From positions 736,001 through 800,000 of the forward strand of contig CH464491.1 in assembly GCA_000002445.1 (NCBI GenBank): a stretch of DNA of 64,000 nucleotides, in the 5' to 3' direction. Numbering within the stretch: the first letter of the stretch is position 1; the number at the start of each line of letters is the position of its first letter. The DNA comes from Trypanosoma brucei (taxonomy: Eukaryota). Shown here one piece after another: positions 1 through 10,318 of this stretch. Under the pieces are notes generated by a model, which saw only the letters and a program-made list of their open reading frames with translations, did no database searches and was not told the DNA's origin. Both the position numbers and the translations under genes were made by a program.

Positions 1-285
1 TATTCCTTCTCTTTCTCTTCTTAAATAAAAAGTACAACCCGAGGTTGTACTTTTTTTTCGATACGAAGACAAATATCCATCTGCACGCGGCGATAATAAC
101 TCTGCTCCTCTTCTCCCAAACACATTTGCACGGCTAAACAGCTTCACTGCTTTTAGCCATTATACCAGAGAATTTTTAGAGTTCACTTTCATGTAAATCT
201 CAAACTTTCCTTGCGTATGTATGCAAAAGTACAAAGCACTCTGTTGTCCCTCTTATTTAGTCTTCTTTTTCACGACCCATCACCA

Positions 286-1443
286 TCATACACGCGTTAA
301 GACGAGGCTAATAGGAGAAACCCGGGCACAACACACACGTAGCGTCTCCAAAGCCTTCACTGTCTCACCTTTCTGTAATGTAGACACTGCCCGCACGTAG
401 CACAGCACTAACATGACTGTTGCTCCAGCATCAACGACTCGACGCGACCGCATTGTTGATTTCAAATGATCATACAATGTGGTCGCATGATGCCCCCTTC
501 TCTCCGCCTCGCCCCCCACTCCGGCACCTAAAGTACCTTCAACAAGCCTTCGGCAAGCCCACTGCGAACAACGCCAGAATACATATGCCCCTCCACTGCA
601 GATGCACAATGCCTCCTTTACCGGATCCACGGTCAGTAATAACTCGTCCTCCGACCCGCGCCACTTGACAAAACGCGCAATGGTGGGGAGCGTATGCAAC
701 AGATTGATCCCCCAGTTCATCATAAGCTGCATCACAAGCAGGACGTTGACGTCGGTCCGCTGGAGCACCCTCACAACTTCAGTCGCACCACCATTGTTTA
801 GGCCCGTGGAGGTCAGTAGCGGTGGTGTCGTTGTTAGTGCGATGATAGTGGCAGCACAGGAGAGCAGCTGAGAGCTTAAGACATAACTGGCCATTCCCCG
901 AGTGAGGAAAAGTGGGATACAGAGTCCCGACATGGTGCTTGCCGTCAGCATCATCAAAATGGAAAGTGAATCCCACGCCACCCAACCAATTGGTGCGAAG
1001 GAGCATCCAACGGCAAAACTTGAGGTTAGAAAACACGCAACCCGACAAGCGGGGAACATCACTTCTCTCGGTAGCAAAAGAAGCAGAGCCGCAGGTGCCA
1101 CTGTAAGAGATACAGGAATGGCAATGGGGACCTTTGGAAAGGAGAAAAACAACGCTGCACCGAGTGCCCCGGCGAGCATACCCACAGAAGCAATGGAATA
1201 CACCTGCGTCAAGTGGCGGCGCACAACGGCGTAACGTACGCTGTCACCCACTGGCTCGGTCCATGATTTAACTTTCTCAACCGCACACTCTAACGAAGCC
1301 GCTATACTTTTCGGAAAAATGGATCGGAGGAACCCGAAATGGTAAGCGAGCGCAACACCATACCCACCCACAACGACCCACGAAGCGAGTTGTGCTCCCC
1401 TTAACAACCTCTCGGATGAAATATTGTCCTTGAACGACGTCAT
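286..1443 (-). CDS. hypothetical multi-pass membrane protein (385 aa)
   Basis: Uninterrupted minus-strand ORF with a verified ATG start (cat at 1441-1443). Translation has several long hydrophobic stretches typical of TM helices. No family recognised. Confidence 0.5.
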   Translation of the reverse strand: MTSFKDNISSERLLRGAQLASWVVVGGYGVALAYHFGFLRSIFPKSIAASLECAVEKVKSWTEPVGDSVRYAVVRRHLTQVYSIASVGMLAGALGAALFFSFPKVPIAIPVSLTVAPAALLLLLPREVMFPACRVACFLTSSFAVGCSFAPIGWVAWDSLSILMMLTASTMSGLCIPLFLTRGMASYVLSSQLLSCAATIIALTTTPPLLTSTGLNNGGATEVVRVLQRTDVNVLLVMQLMMNWGINLLHTLPTIARFVKWRGSEDELLLTVDPVKEALCICSGGAYVFWRCSQWACRRLVEGTLGAGVGGEAERRGHHATTLYDHLKSTMRSRRVVDAGATVMLVLCYVRAVSTLQKGETVKALETLRVCCARVSPISLVLTRV

Positions 1444-2417
1444 CTGCGATACGATTCAAAAAAAAAAAGGGAACGAGTTGCAACAGCAATGTTCCAGTAT
1501 TCAGGAGTGTACACAGATACCCCAAAGTTTCCTTCTTTCCCTTGAAGCTTCCTTATATTATTCGCCTACGAGTAGACAAAAGAAGAAATTACAAAAGCAG
1601 TGATGCGGTGTAAGGTAAGGAACGACACGAAGCAAAAAAAAAAAAACGTTCAAGGTTAACATAAACAGCCCCGTTGAAACACCAATATTTCCTTGCACAC
1701 GCGGTTCACCCCTCCGCACTCCACGATTTCGTTTTCACCTGAACATTTATACGCTGATACAAACACAAGAACGCGGTACTCTTTTAGCAACGAACAAATA
1801 AAAATTGAAAAGTAAAGTGCACAAAAGGCTCCACCCGAACCAGTAGCGTATGCCACTTCCTGAAGGTGCTACAGCTTTCCAATGATTCGCAAAGTAACAA
1901 TGAAGAAGAGGGAGCAAACAGAAGAAAAAGGTGCTCACAAGTTGTCTCCTCAAGACATTCGTTTACAAGTAACAATGTTTGGAGCGCTCTCCCACAAGCG
2001 CAAATAGGCGAAGCGGCAGCAAAAATGGAACTCCATGTTTCAAAATAATTAAGAAATACAAACATAAGAACCTTCACGAACAGTCGTCCACTGACACATA
2101 CATATACATTCACATCGACAAAAGTGAAACATACAGCCATTTATAGTAAATTTCAACACAAAAGAAAATGTTATAGCCCCTAAACCGAGTCAAGTATACC
2201 CTCCCCCGGCGTGACAATTTTTTTCTGGTTGGAGGGAGGGTTATGACCGTGAGTGAACTCAGCACCAGATTGGAGGCACCGTTGTTGCTTTGCGCAACCG
2301 AGCTTCTTAGAATAGTACGGAGGAAGGGAAATAACAAAAAAAAACACTCTTTCGAAACGTACACGCAAATAAAGGAAAAAAAACGAGCAAACGAATAATA
2401 TATACGTGTATAATTCT

Positions 2418-2438
2418 AATATATATATATATATATAT
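2418..2438. repeat. (TA)10 microsatellite, intergenic
   Basis: Direct reading: atatatatatatatatatatat. Confidence 0.9.
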
Positions 2439-2467
2439 TCATTTTTTATGCGCAACAAGCTGCAACT

Positions 2468-5400
2468 TCAGCTTAATCGTGGAACAGCCCGCTGAGCTCT
2501 ACGCTTAGTGGTTCGCTCACTAACGACTGTTCGTGTTCCCGGGGAAAGGTTACCACTACGCTGACTAAAGAGGACTTTTGGAGATGCTAGGGAGAATCGA
2601 CCACGTAGGGTCGTTGCTAGGGACCCCAACCCCAGAGCAGAGGGAGACTGCAGATCCTTATCTTCCATTACTGAGCGACTAGATCTGGACGCACTCCATG
2701 GGCCGCTCCTTCTTATAGAAGACCTTGGGGTTATTATGAGGTGAGACTGATTCTGCTTTTGCATCACGATGTTAGCCTTCCGTACCGTCCTTTCAAAAGC
2801 GGTACTCAGCATGTACTCGTCAGTGCTTCGAAGAATAGGGCCGGCAACTTCGAAATTGTCTTTGTCCTTGGGGGTTTCCTGTTCCTCCGCACAACCACGA
2901 CCACTAACAACAGAGCCGTCATACACCTCTTTATTATGATGCTTTTTGACTACATTGTCAGTGTAAGTTAAGTCGTTTCGTTCAACGGCTTGCCGCAAAC
3001 CTTTATTACACGCCCTTTCCCCAATTTCATACATCTCGCTCAACATGGGTCTCGCACACGTCGCTACGTGCATCAACATATTCCCGATTAGAAGGTTAAG
3101 GGACCACATGGAAGGATGCTCATTACTTGGCGGTAGTGGGAAGCCACTAGGGTTAACGGTGTTGTGCCGCATCAACTGCACGGCTGCTGGGGGTAAGAGT
3201 CCAGCAGCCGTTATCATTTTTTGCGCCTCCCTCGGAAGCACATCGCTTCCGCGTCCACTTCTGCTTGACGAAGGACATGACCTCACCTCATCTGGCGAGC
3301 TTTCCTCAACCATATACCGTGAAAAGAATACTATATCCGCCAGAGGAACCAATTTCACTTCTGGTATTGCGCACGCGTAGTCCTTCAGCATTCCCTGTTT
3401 CTCCAAGGCGGTCATAATATGCAGTGTCCGTCTCGCGTAACCGTAACGCAACATATCGAATGCAGGTACGGAAGAAGGTGAAGCACCTTCTTCCAATATC
3501 TGGGCTAGAGACCGTGCCGGTGCCGTGTTATTGGGGTGAACAACATAATGCAGATTAATATGAAGTTTCAGAGATTCTTGTGCACCGTGCAAGAGTTCCC
3601 TGGGCGACTTGTGGGGCAACGTCACCGCACCAAGTCTGACATAATGAAATCCTTTACTTGTGTCAGCAGTGAAATCGCTCGAGAGGAGATACCCACCGTG
3701 AGCATCGCCCGTCGGATCAATCTGGAACAACATCGCTTCATAAAACCATTTCCAAACGTTGCTGTCACAATCCGTCAACAAACTGGCCTCATCAGCCGCG
3801 TTGATTTCACTAACCGTGCCGATTGGTACTGGAATGTCCACGAACCGCATCGTGGAGGTAGTGGGATAGCCATCTCTGACACTACCATTTTCTGGAGACG
3901 TGGACTCCCGCTTTCCCAATCCCATTGCTTTTCCATCTTTCACGAGACTCAGAAAGCATTGAAGAACGGAGCTCAACTCCTTCACATGCATATGCACATC
4001 GGCGTCATCAGAACCATGTTCCAGGAGGAACAGAGGAAGAACTCTGGCAATATCGATATGGCTTTCAAGTATGACAGTACTTGGCCAGCGACCCCGTACA
4101 ATCTGTATGCACGTATATCGCAACGCTAGGTAAGACCATCGTCGATACGTGGTTGAGTCAATTGAGTAACCACCTTCCTGATCTGTACCGTCACAAACTA
4201 ACTTTATAAGTTTTATGAAGGAGCGGCAGACCTCCTCCACATGCCGGGGCAGCCGACCCGGTTGAAATTGACCAGAGTGAGAGAATTCCAGGCGGCAGCC
4301 AATGATGTCAGGATTCATCACTGGAGGAGAGCTACAACCAGACTGCCTTGAAATGGTTTCCCCATTACCTCTCTGGTTAACGTTCATCTGAAGTATTATA
4401 TCATGACTGCTGATACCACTGCGGTAATTTACCCAACCGTCGTAATCACGGAGGAGGTCTGTCGCCACTTTTACATGCCTACTCAACATCTCCATATCAT
4501 CGACCACACACTTGTATACAACCAACGCCGCTATGCGACTCCTTCTCCGCTTCTTCTCCAATTCAACCTTAAGACAACTTCCCTCCTGGCGACTATGTAT
4601 ACTTCCCAGAAGCCTTGTGATGAGGTTCTGCTCCTGCTTCAAAGTTTTCATCGCGGCTTCGGTGAGACACCACACGTCCCGTGTATCAGAACAGCTTGGT
4701 GCACAAGAAACCGCCTTTGAAGGTGAGACGTTGCGCGCCGAGTCGATATCCCCGGCTTGCTGCTCTGTGGATCCACAAGACTGTAAAGTGCTGCACATGT
4801 GCATGGCGTGATGTAACAACTGTAGTGCGTGTTCGGATTGATCGTAGAACTCCTGATACAAATACCTCTCCTCCAAAGTTAGAAATGAATTTGAGCACGC
4901 TGTGACAGCAGAAATTGTAAGCCGTTTCCGGTATGTTCGGGCCGCGGAAGCCATGCGGCGCCTCTCGAACTCGATCACATCATCACGATCTTGCTCCAAT
5001 GTGTAAACCGCCTCTGCAAAGGTCATGCGTGCCACAGCCTTCCGTATTTCTCTTTCGCCTGGCACACCAAACTCTGACAGTACATACTCTAATTGATCAC
5101 GCACTTCTCGCAGACAACTCAGAGAGTGTGAGGTTATCCAGCGAGTGTACCACCGCATCACCGATATGTCCCACGAAACATCAGCGAAACACGTATCACT
5201 CCCAGCAACCTCCATGAACAACCTCAATTTTTCATCCTTTCTCCAGCGATCCTCCGAAATGGCTAAAGAATCTGCCCCATCCTCTCTTGAAGTTAGGGAG
5301 GACTCTTCACAAAACGGAGCAATGAATCCTTGCTCATCTTCAATGTCCCGAAACTTACTTTCCAGGGCGTACACCTCGTCCTGTAGCACTGCCACTGCCT

Positions 5401-5713
5401 TCTCTACGTCATATGGTATAGGAGTTTGGTACATAGATGGGGCACTCTCACAGACAATAAATGGGAAGGTGGGTAACTTCAGCACATTGAGTGACTTGGC
5501 GTCCAGTGTGCGATCCAAAGGATCAGTATATGACACAGCTGCTTCCGATGAGGCATCAGGGTTTTCGTGAGTGTTGCGCAACTCCTGTCGTAGAAGTTTC
5601 AGTACTCGCAGCTCCTCCAACACTTTGGGTGGTACCAGAGAGATAGTTGTTTCCCTCTCTGCAAGAGACTCTGACGTGATGCTTCCTTTTTTGGAGGAAA
5701 AGGATGTTGACAT
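2468..5713 (-). CDS. large hypothetical protein (1081 aa)
   Basis: 3.2-kb open frame on the same strand as its neighbours. ATG verified at 5711-5713. No recognisable domain by eye. Confidence 0.5.
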   Translation of the reverse strand: MSTSFSSKKGSITSESLAERETTISLVPPKVLEELRVLKLLRQELRNTHENPDASSEAAVSYTDPLDRTLDAKSLNVLKLPTFPFIVCESAPSMYQTPIPYDVEKAVAVLQDEVYALESKFRDIEDEQGFIAPFCEESSLTSREDGADSLAISEDRWRKDEKLRLFMEVAGSDTCFADVSWDISVMRWYTRWITSHSLSCLREVRDQLEYVLSEFGVPGEREIRKAVARMTFAEAVYTLEQDRDDVIEFERRRMASAARTYRKRLTISAVTACSNSFLTLEERYLYQEFYDQSEHALQLLHHAMHMCSTLQSCGSTEQQAGDIDSARNVSPSKAVSCAPSCSDTRDVWCLTEAAMKTLKQEQNLITRLLGSIHSRQEGSCLKVELEKKRRRSRIAALVVYKCVVDDMEMLSRHVKVATDLLRDYDGWVNYRSGISSHDIILQMNVNQRGNGETISRQSGCSSPPVMNPDIIGCRLEFSHSGQFQPGRLPRHVEEVCRSFIKLIKLVCDGTDQEGGYSIDSTTYRRWSYLALRYTCIQIVRGRWPSTVILESHIDIARVLPLFLLEHGSDDADVHMHVKELSSVLQCFLSLVKDGKAMGLGKRESTSPENGSVRDGYPTTSTMRFVDIPVPIGTVSEINAADEASLLTDCDSNVWKWFYEAMLFQIDPTGDAHGGYLLSSDFTADTSKGFHYVRLGAVTLPHKSPRELLHGAQESLKLHINLHYVVHPNNTAPARSLAQILEEGASPSSVPAFDMLRYGYARRTLHIMTALEKQGMLKDYACAIPEVKLVPLADIVFFSRYMVEESSPDEVRSCPSSSRSGRGSDVLPREAQKMITAAGLLPPAAVQLMRHNTVNPSGFPLPPSNEHPSMWSLNLLIGNMLMHVATCARPMLSEMYEIGERACNKGLRQAVERNDLTYTDNVVKKHHNKEVYDGSVVSGRGCAEEQETPKDKDNFEVAGPILRSTDEYMLSTAFERTVRKANIVMQKQNQSHLIITPRSSIRRSGPWSASRSSRSVMEDKDLQSPSALGLGSLATTLRGRFSLASPKVLFSQRSGNLSPGTRTVVSERTTKRRAQRAVPRLS

Positions 5714-6408
5714 TTCCCCCCCTTTTCTTCTCAGTTGTATGGTTCAGATATAAGGCGTCTATCTCCCTCTATATATTTTTTCTCCTTATAGTTGTATATC
5801 CGAAACTTGCGTGCTTGCTTTCCGATACGACTCAAATGCACAGACGTGCACCCTATTGACAAACGCTGATGCGACAGTGTTAATAAATTTATTGTACCTC
5901 TTTCCACGGCCGCCGCGTTCCCGTCTACCCCTTGTGTGCACGCCGGCAGGGTAATGAAGTGAACGCCTATCCCTGTGTCCACTGCCCGTAATGAAGGCAC
6001 ACGTTAATGATACCCTCTTGGGTTCCTTACGCTTCTACTATTTGCGCTGCTTCACAATTTTATGAACCAGGTTGTAAAACAAGCTGCAGAAGGTGGTATC
6101 TTAGATATTATTCCTTGGGGTGTTGGATCAGTCACCAACAGCAGCAGAAGCTACAGGTACACAGTTAAAACGAATGCGCACAAACAACGTTAAAACTGAG
6201 GAATGAATCAAACACAGTGCGCAACGTGCCACTTCACACGTCACACGCACCGCCAACATTTGTTCCTCTTTCCCCCTCCCTGTTGTCACTCTCCTCCCAC
6301 CACTTCTTTTATTCACCTGAGGCGTTTCTTTGACGGCGGTCACATCAACCCCCGCTGCTCGTAAGACATTCCTATTTTTCCCCTCTCTTTCCTTTCATTT
6401 GTTTTCTA

Positions 6409-9189
6409 TCACTTAAATACCACTCCACTACCACCGCGTCCCGCTCCCCTGCCGGTGCCTCTTCTTCCCCGACGACTATCGCTGCCCCGTCCACCACCGA
6501 TCCTATCGATACCGTATCGGCTGGTTCCTCCGCGGCGCTGCCCCATTAAGGGGGTCCGCTGACTGTAGTTGTCATCTAGCACGCCACCACTATCTCCTGT
6601 AAGAACTGATTCCCTTCCGCGAGCGGCAAAGGGTGGGAATCCTTGTTGGGTTATGGGAAAAGGTGGTTGCGGCTGCGGTAATTGTAGAACTGCAGGTGCA
6701 GGGTGAGAAAGAACAGCGCCACCCCCTCCCTCACCAACAGGAATGGGAAGAATCCCCTCACTCGGCACTGCCGGTTTCCTAGGCGTTGGCATTGAGGTAG
6801 TTGTTTCATTCTTTTGTGTGTGGCGTTGTTTCCAGGGCTGATGCCACGGTTGCTTTGGTTGGTTTTGCATGACGCTTACCCCTTGCGTTGACTGCTGTAT
6901 TTCTTGTGTCTGCCGCGGCTGCTGTTGACTAACCGCCGCCACCGGCGCCTGTGGACTTTCCTTGGCACTTACCTTCTGTAACGATTGTGGCGCTTGAGCT
7001 GCCCGCTGCCGGGCAGCGTTCTGTGTGCTCCTCTCCAGCGAGTCAAGAAGGGAATGAACACGTGCCCGGTCTTCGGCTGAAAGTTGAGATGCACGCTGCG
7101 GTGGCGTTACGTTCTCTCTGTGGAGCAACGCATTTGACGAGCATTCCGCACTGAATTGTTGCCACAGTTGGTCCATTGCAGCGCCAATTGCTGGTGGATA
7201 CAACAACTCGGGAGCTGCCTCCGCATCTCGCTGAAAGTTTTGCCGGTATAAATCGGTGAACTTTTGCAGTTCTTCCAAAGTACACTCGACGGCAGACTGG
7301 GAATCCGCTTCAGCTTCCGCAGAAGCTAGTATATAACGTCGACCGGCGTCGTAGGCAGCCTTCCAATCTTTATTCCTTTGCCCATTAACGGCTGAGGCGG
7401 GTCCAACTGTCGCCCTGCAAGTGCGAGGGGCCGCAGTGGAACCAGTTGCCTGTAGTTCAGCGGGATCAGACCCGGCCCCCGAAGCTGCGGCATTCACAAA
7501 AGAAGACACTCGAAAATAACTGTTCCAAAAAGAGTTGCCACCAAAAAGGGGAACCTGGTGTTGACCTGAGCACCCGCTGGAAGTAACCGTTCTACCTTCC
7601 TCACTGCTTCCATGGGTTCCTTCCCCGCAGCGGCGACTTGATTGTAACTTCTGCAAAAAATCCTCGACTATTGGCTCCGCAGGAGGTGGAAGTGCGGAAC
7701 GCAGAGCAACTGGGAACGGATTTTTCGCATATGTCTCCCCCAGTTTAAACTCAGTGTACACACTCACACGCCAGCACTCCATAAGGTTAACTACTTCGTG
7801 GAGCTTAAAACACATTAATAGCACCACCGTCGAATTCGTGGCACCCACAGTGAATATAAGATCTGTAGAACATGCCTTTGCAGCATCATCTTTCAGTACA
7901 GAGGTGAGGAAAAGCTCCCTCCACGGGCATGACTCGTGATGACCGCTGTGTTCGGCCCGTTCGCTCCAACGGATGGTACATTGGGTGCGCACGCGACCAC
8001 TTTCACCTTCATTATTATCACAACTCATTGAATCAACATTTTGCACACCCTTACCGCTTTCATTTCCATTCAGTGTCGAGTACACCACTGGTGGTCTCCC
8101 ACCGCAAAATCGACAAAAGATATCGACACCAAGTGCGGCTAAGAGGGATTCTTCCACATCTTCTCCGACACCCTTGCTAGCCTCATTACCCTCACTACCA
8201 CCACTACATCTGCTAGCAGCATCAGAGGAGGGAACCTCAGTTACAGTGTAGCCAAACAAGGTAATGAGTAAACTGACATGGGGCACAAGATCGATGTTGC
8301 CATTCCTCGTTTCGGGGTTCTCGTCACTCCTGTTGTTACCACTCGAATCCGCCTCGAGACTGCGTTTCTTCTTTATCCCGAACAACGTGCACAACAGCCC
8401 CTCTGGTGTAGTGCTGCTGAGTGCACTCGCCTGATTTGTTATCAACGACCGCAACCACTTCATCACACGCTGCAGCATATTTTCCCGAATAAAGGACGGG
8501 GGAGTTCCTCTCGGAAGTAGTAGCTTATTCCCCTGGGGGAGGTTATTGGGGGATGTGTCCGAACCGGCCAAGTTGCCGAGTGCGCTGTTAGAGAGAGCAG
8601 TACTGCTGGTATCACAACTACCGCTAGCAGCAGTTGACAGCGTTTTTAGAGAGACAGCGCTGCAGCGGTGCCGAATGAGAGAAGAGTTTGTCCATGAGAG
8701 GCTTGGGGATGACAATGCGTGCCTGGCAACCTCACCAAGTCGCCACCAGCAAGACGGTGAATGAAGCTCTGACATCAGTTTTTCAATAATATTCTCACTC
8801 ACCTCACACGTAGCTGCACCGGCTGAAGCGACGCTTTGTATGTTCGCACCGACGGTTTCGCCTTCCATACATTTCGCTACTGAAGTTGAGGCACAAGACC
8901 GGGAGCGAAGGAACTGTAAAAGCCGAACCCAGTCGCTCGTTAGCATCAACCGCGACCTCGAACAGCAGGATGTGCAAATCTGAAGCGCCACCTCGCCTTC
9001 TTCATCCCCCCAACCTGCTGCTTCGTTGTTTTCACCTCTGTCAAGTGTAATAGGCTCGACACCACAAGGAGTGATGTTCATGGCTGAGAGCAGAAAAATT
9101 GTCTCTTCATCACCACCGATGAATGCCCGAGCCAACACATTACGCCGCCAGGTGCTAACTGAGGCAAATAGATTTTCAGTAATAAGCAT
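6409..9189 (-). CDS. hypothetical protein with Q-rich region and C-terminal RGG/RG-rich tail (926 aa)
   Basis: Long ORF with ATG at 9187-9189. The C-terminal ~45 aa are RGG/RG repeats (RGGTSRYG..GGGRGSDSRRGRRGTGRGAGRGG), preceded by a Gln/Pro-rich segment. This suggests an RNA-binding or arginine-methylated protein. Confidence 0.5.
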   Translation of the reverse strand: MLITENLFASVSTWRRNVLARAFIGGDEETIFLLSAMNITPCGVEPITLDRGENNEAAGWGDEEGEVALQICTSCCSRSRLMLTSDWVRLLQFLRSRSCASTSVAKCMEGETVGANIQSVASAGAATCEVSENIIEKLMSELHSPSCWWRLGEVARHALSSPSLSWTNSSLIRHRCSAVSLKTLSTAASGSCDTSSTALSNSALGNLAGSDTSPNNLPQGNKLLLPRGTPPSFIRENMLQRVMKWLRSLITNQASALSSTTPEGLLCTLFGIKKKRSLEADSSGNNRSDENPETRNGNIDLVPHVSLLITLFGYTVTEVPSSDAASRCSGGSEGNEASKGVGEDVEESLLAALGVDIFCRFCGGRPPVVYSTLNGNESGKGVQNVDSMSCDNNEGESGRVRTQCTIRWSERAEHSGHHESCPWRELFLTSVLKDDAAKACSTDLIFTVGATNSTVVLLMCFKLHEVVNLMECWRVSVYTEFKLGETYAKNPFPVALRSALPPPAEPIVEDFLQKLQSSRRCGEGTHGSSEEGRTVTSSGCSGQHQVPLFGGNSFWNSYFRVSSFVNAAASGAGSDPAELQATGSTAAPRTCRATVGPASAVNGQRNKDWKAAYDAGRRYILASAEAEADSQSAVECTLEELQKFTDLYRQNFQRDAEAAPELLYPPAIGAAMDQLWQQFSAECSSNALLHRENVTPPQRASQLSAEDRARVHSLLDSLERSTQNAARQRAAQAPQSLQKVSAKESPQAPVAAVSQQQPRQTQEIQQSTQGVSVMQNQPKQPWHQPWKQRHTQKNETTTSMPTPRKPAVPSEGILPIPVGEGGGGAVLSHPAPAVLQLPQPQPPFPITQQGFPPFAARGRESVLTGDSGGVLDDNYSQRTPLMGQRRGGTSRYGIDRIGGGRGSDSRRGRRGTGRGAGRGGSGVVFK

Positions 9190-10318
9190 CTAATTTAAAT
9201 CAAAACAAACGTAAAGTCGCTGTGTGGCAACGGCCTTGTGTCGCCCAATATTTTAGATCAACACGCATGCAAAGTTCTAAAAGCCGAAGAGCAAACAGCG
9301 AGCTCCACTAAGTCACAGAGGGGCGAAAAAAAATACACAAAAAAAGGAGAAAAAAGAGAGAGCGACATTCATAAGATAAAGGCACCAACTTTCGTTTCAC
9401 ATGTTAGGCGCACCTGCTCAAAGGGGAACTGATGGCAGGATGCACCCGAAGCCCTCATCCCTAGACACATGCACAAACAATCATGATTACAGAAAAAGAG
9501 AAGAGACACGAGCACAGAAAAATCCTCTCCTTGTTACTCTTGCTCTTTTACTCACTTTTTTTTGGGCCCTCCCCGGATAAAAAACGGTTATTCTCTTTCG
9601 TACATTCCTTCATACAAGTAAACATGGAGACACAAATATAATAGTTTATATATAAATCCCGTCCTGCTCCTCTCTCGTTACAGACTTCATTCACTGAACA
9701 TTAATAACTTTGAAAAGCGTAATCACTTGACGGATCACACTTTGGGTTTTTTTCCTCATTCCTTTTCATTTCCCTTACCCATCTGTTGAGTTCAGTGATG
9801 AACTCGACAAGGAGGCTAAACGGGAAGCACCGAAGTCAAGAAAGAAACCCCTCCAAAAAAGAAATGAAAAAAAATGTGGCACACGAAATGGGTTGCTGTG
9901 CATGCGTGGTGGCGCCCCATTGAGGTAAAGTTACGAGAGGAAAAAGCGTGTACCCTTTTTTCAACGTGTTCACACACACACACTCTTCGCTCGTCTCAGA
10001 TTAACTTCAATTCACAATTATGGTTTCCTTCACTCATCTTCCTACACCATGTATAACTACAGCCCACCTGATATATCTCAACCTCAACTGTCGAACCCCT
10101 TCACCTTTAGCATACAACCAAGCACGAAAAAACACACGCACAGCATTTCCCAAGGTATTCCACCTGATTTTCAAGCTTTCACCTCGTACCGGTTACACTT
10201 TCCCCCATTTCTTCAGAGATAGGGGCGGGGAGTGCTGACTGTCCTTGTCCGGAAAGAGTTACTAAGCAGTATCATCTTAGGGACGCAGACGCGGCACTCT
10301 CACCTGCGACCACGTCTT

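Noticed and set aside
3536-4129. Plus-strand 197-aa ORF, plus similar antisense ORFs at 27800..28306, 22164..22583 and 19061..19534
   Set aside because: All are embedded antisense within longer minus-strand genes and are typical chance ORFs. None has an upstream polyY/AG context on the plus strand.
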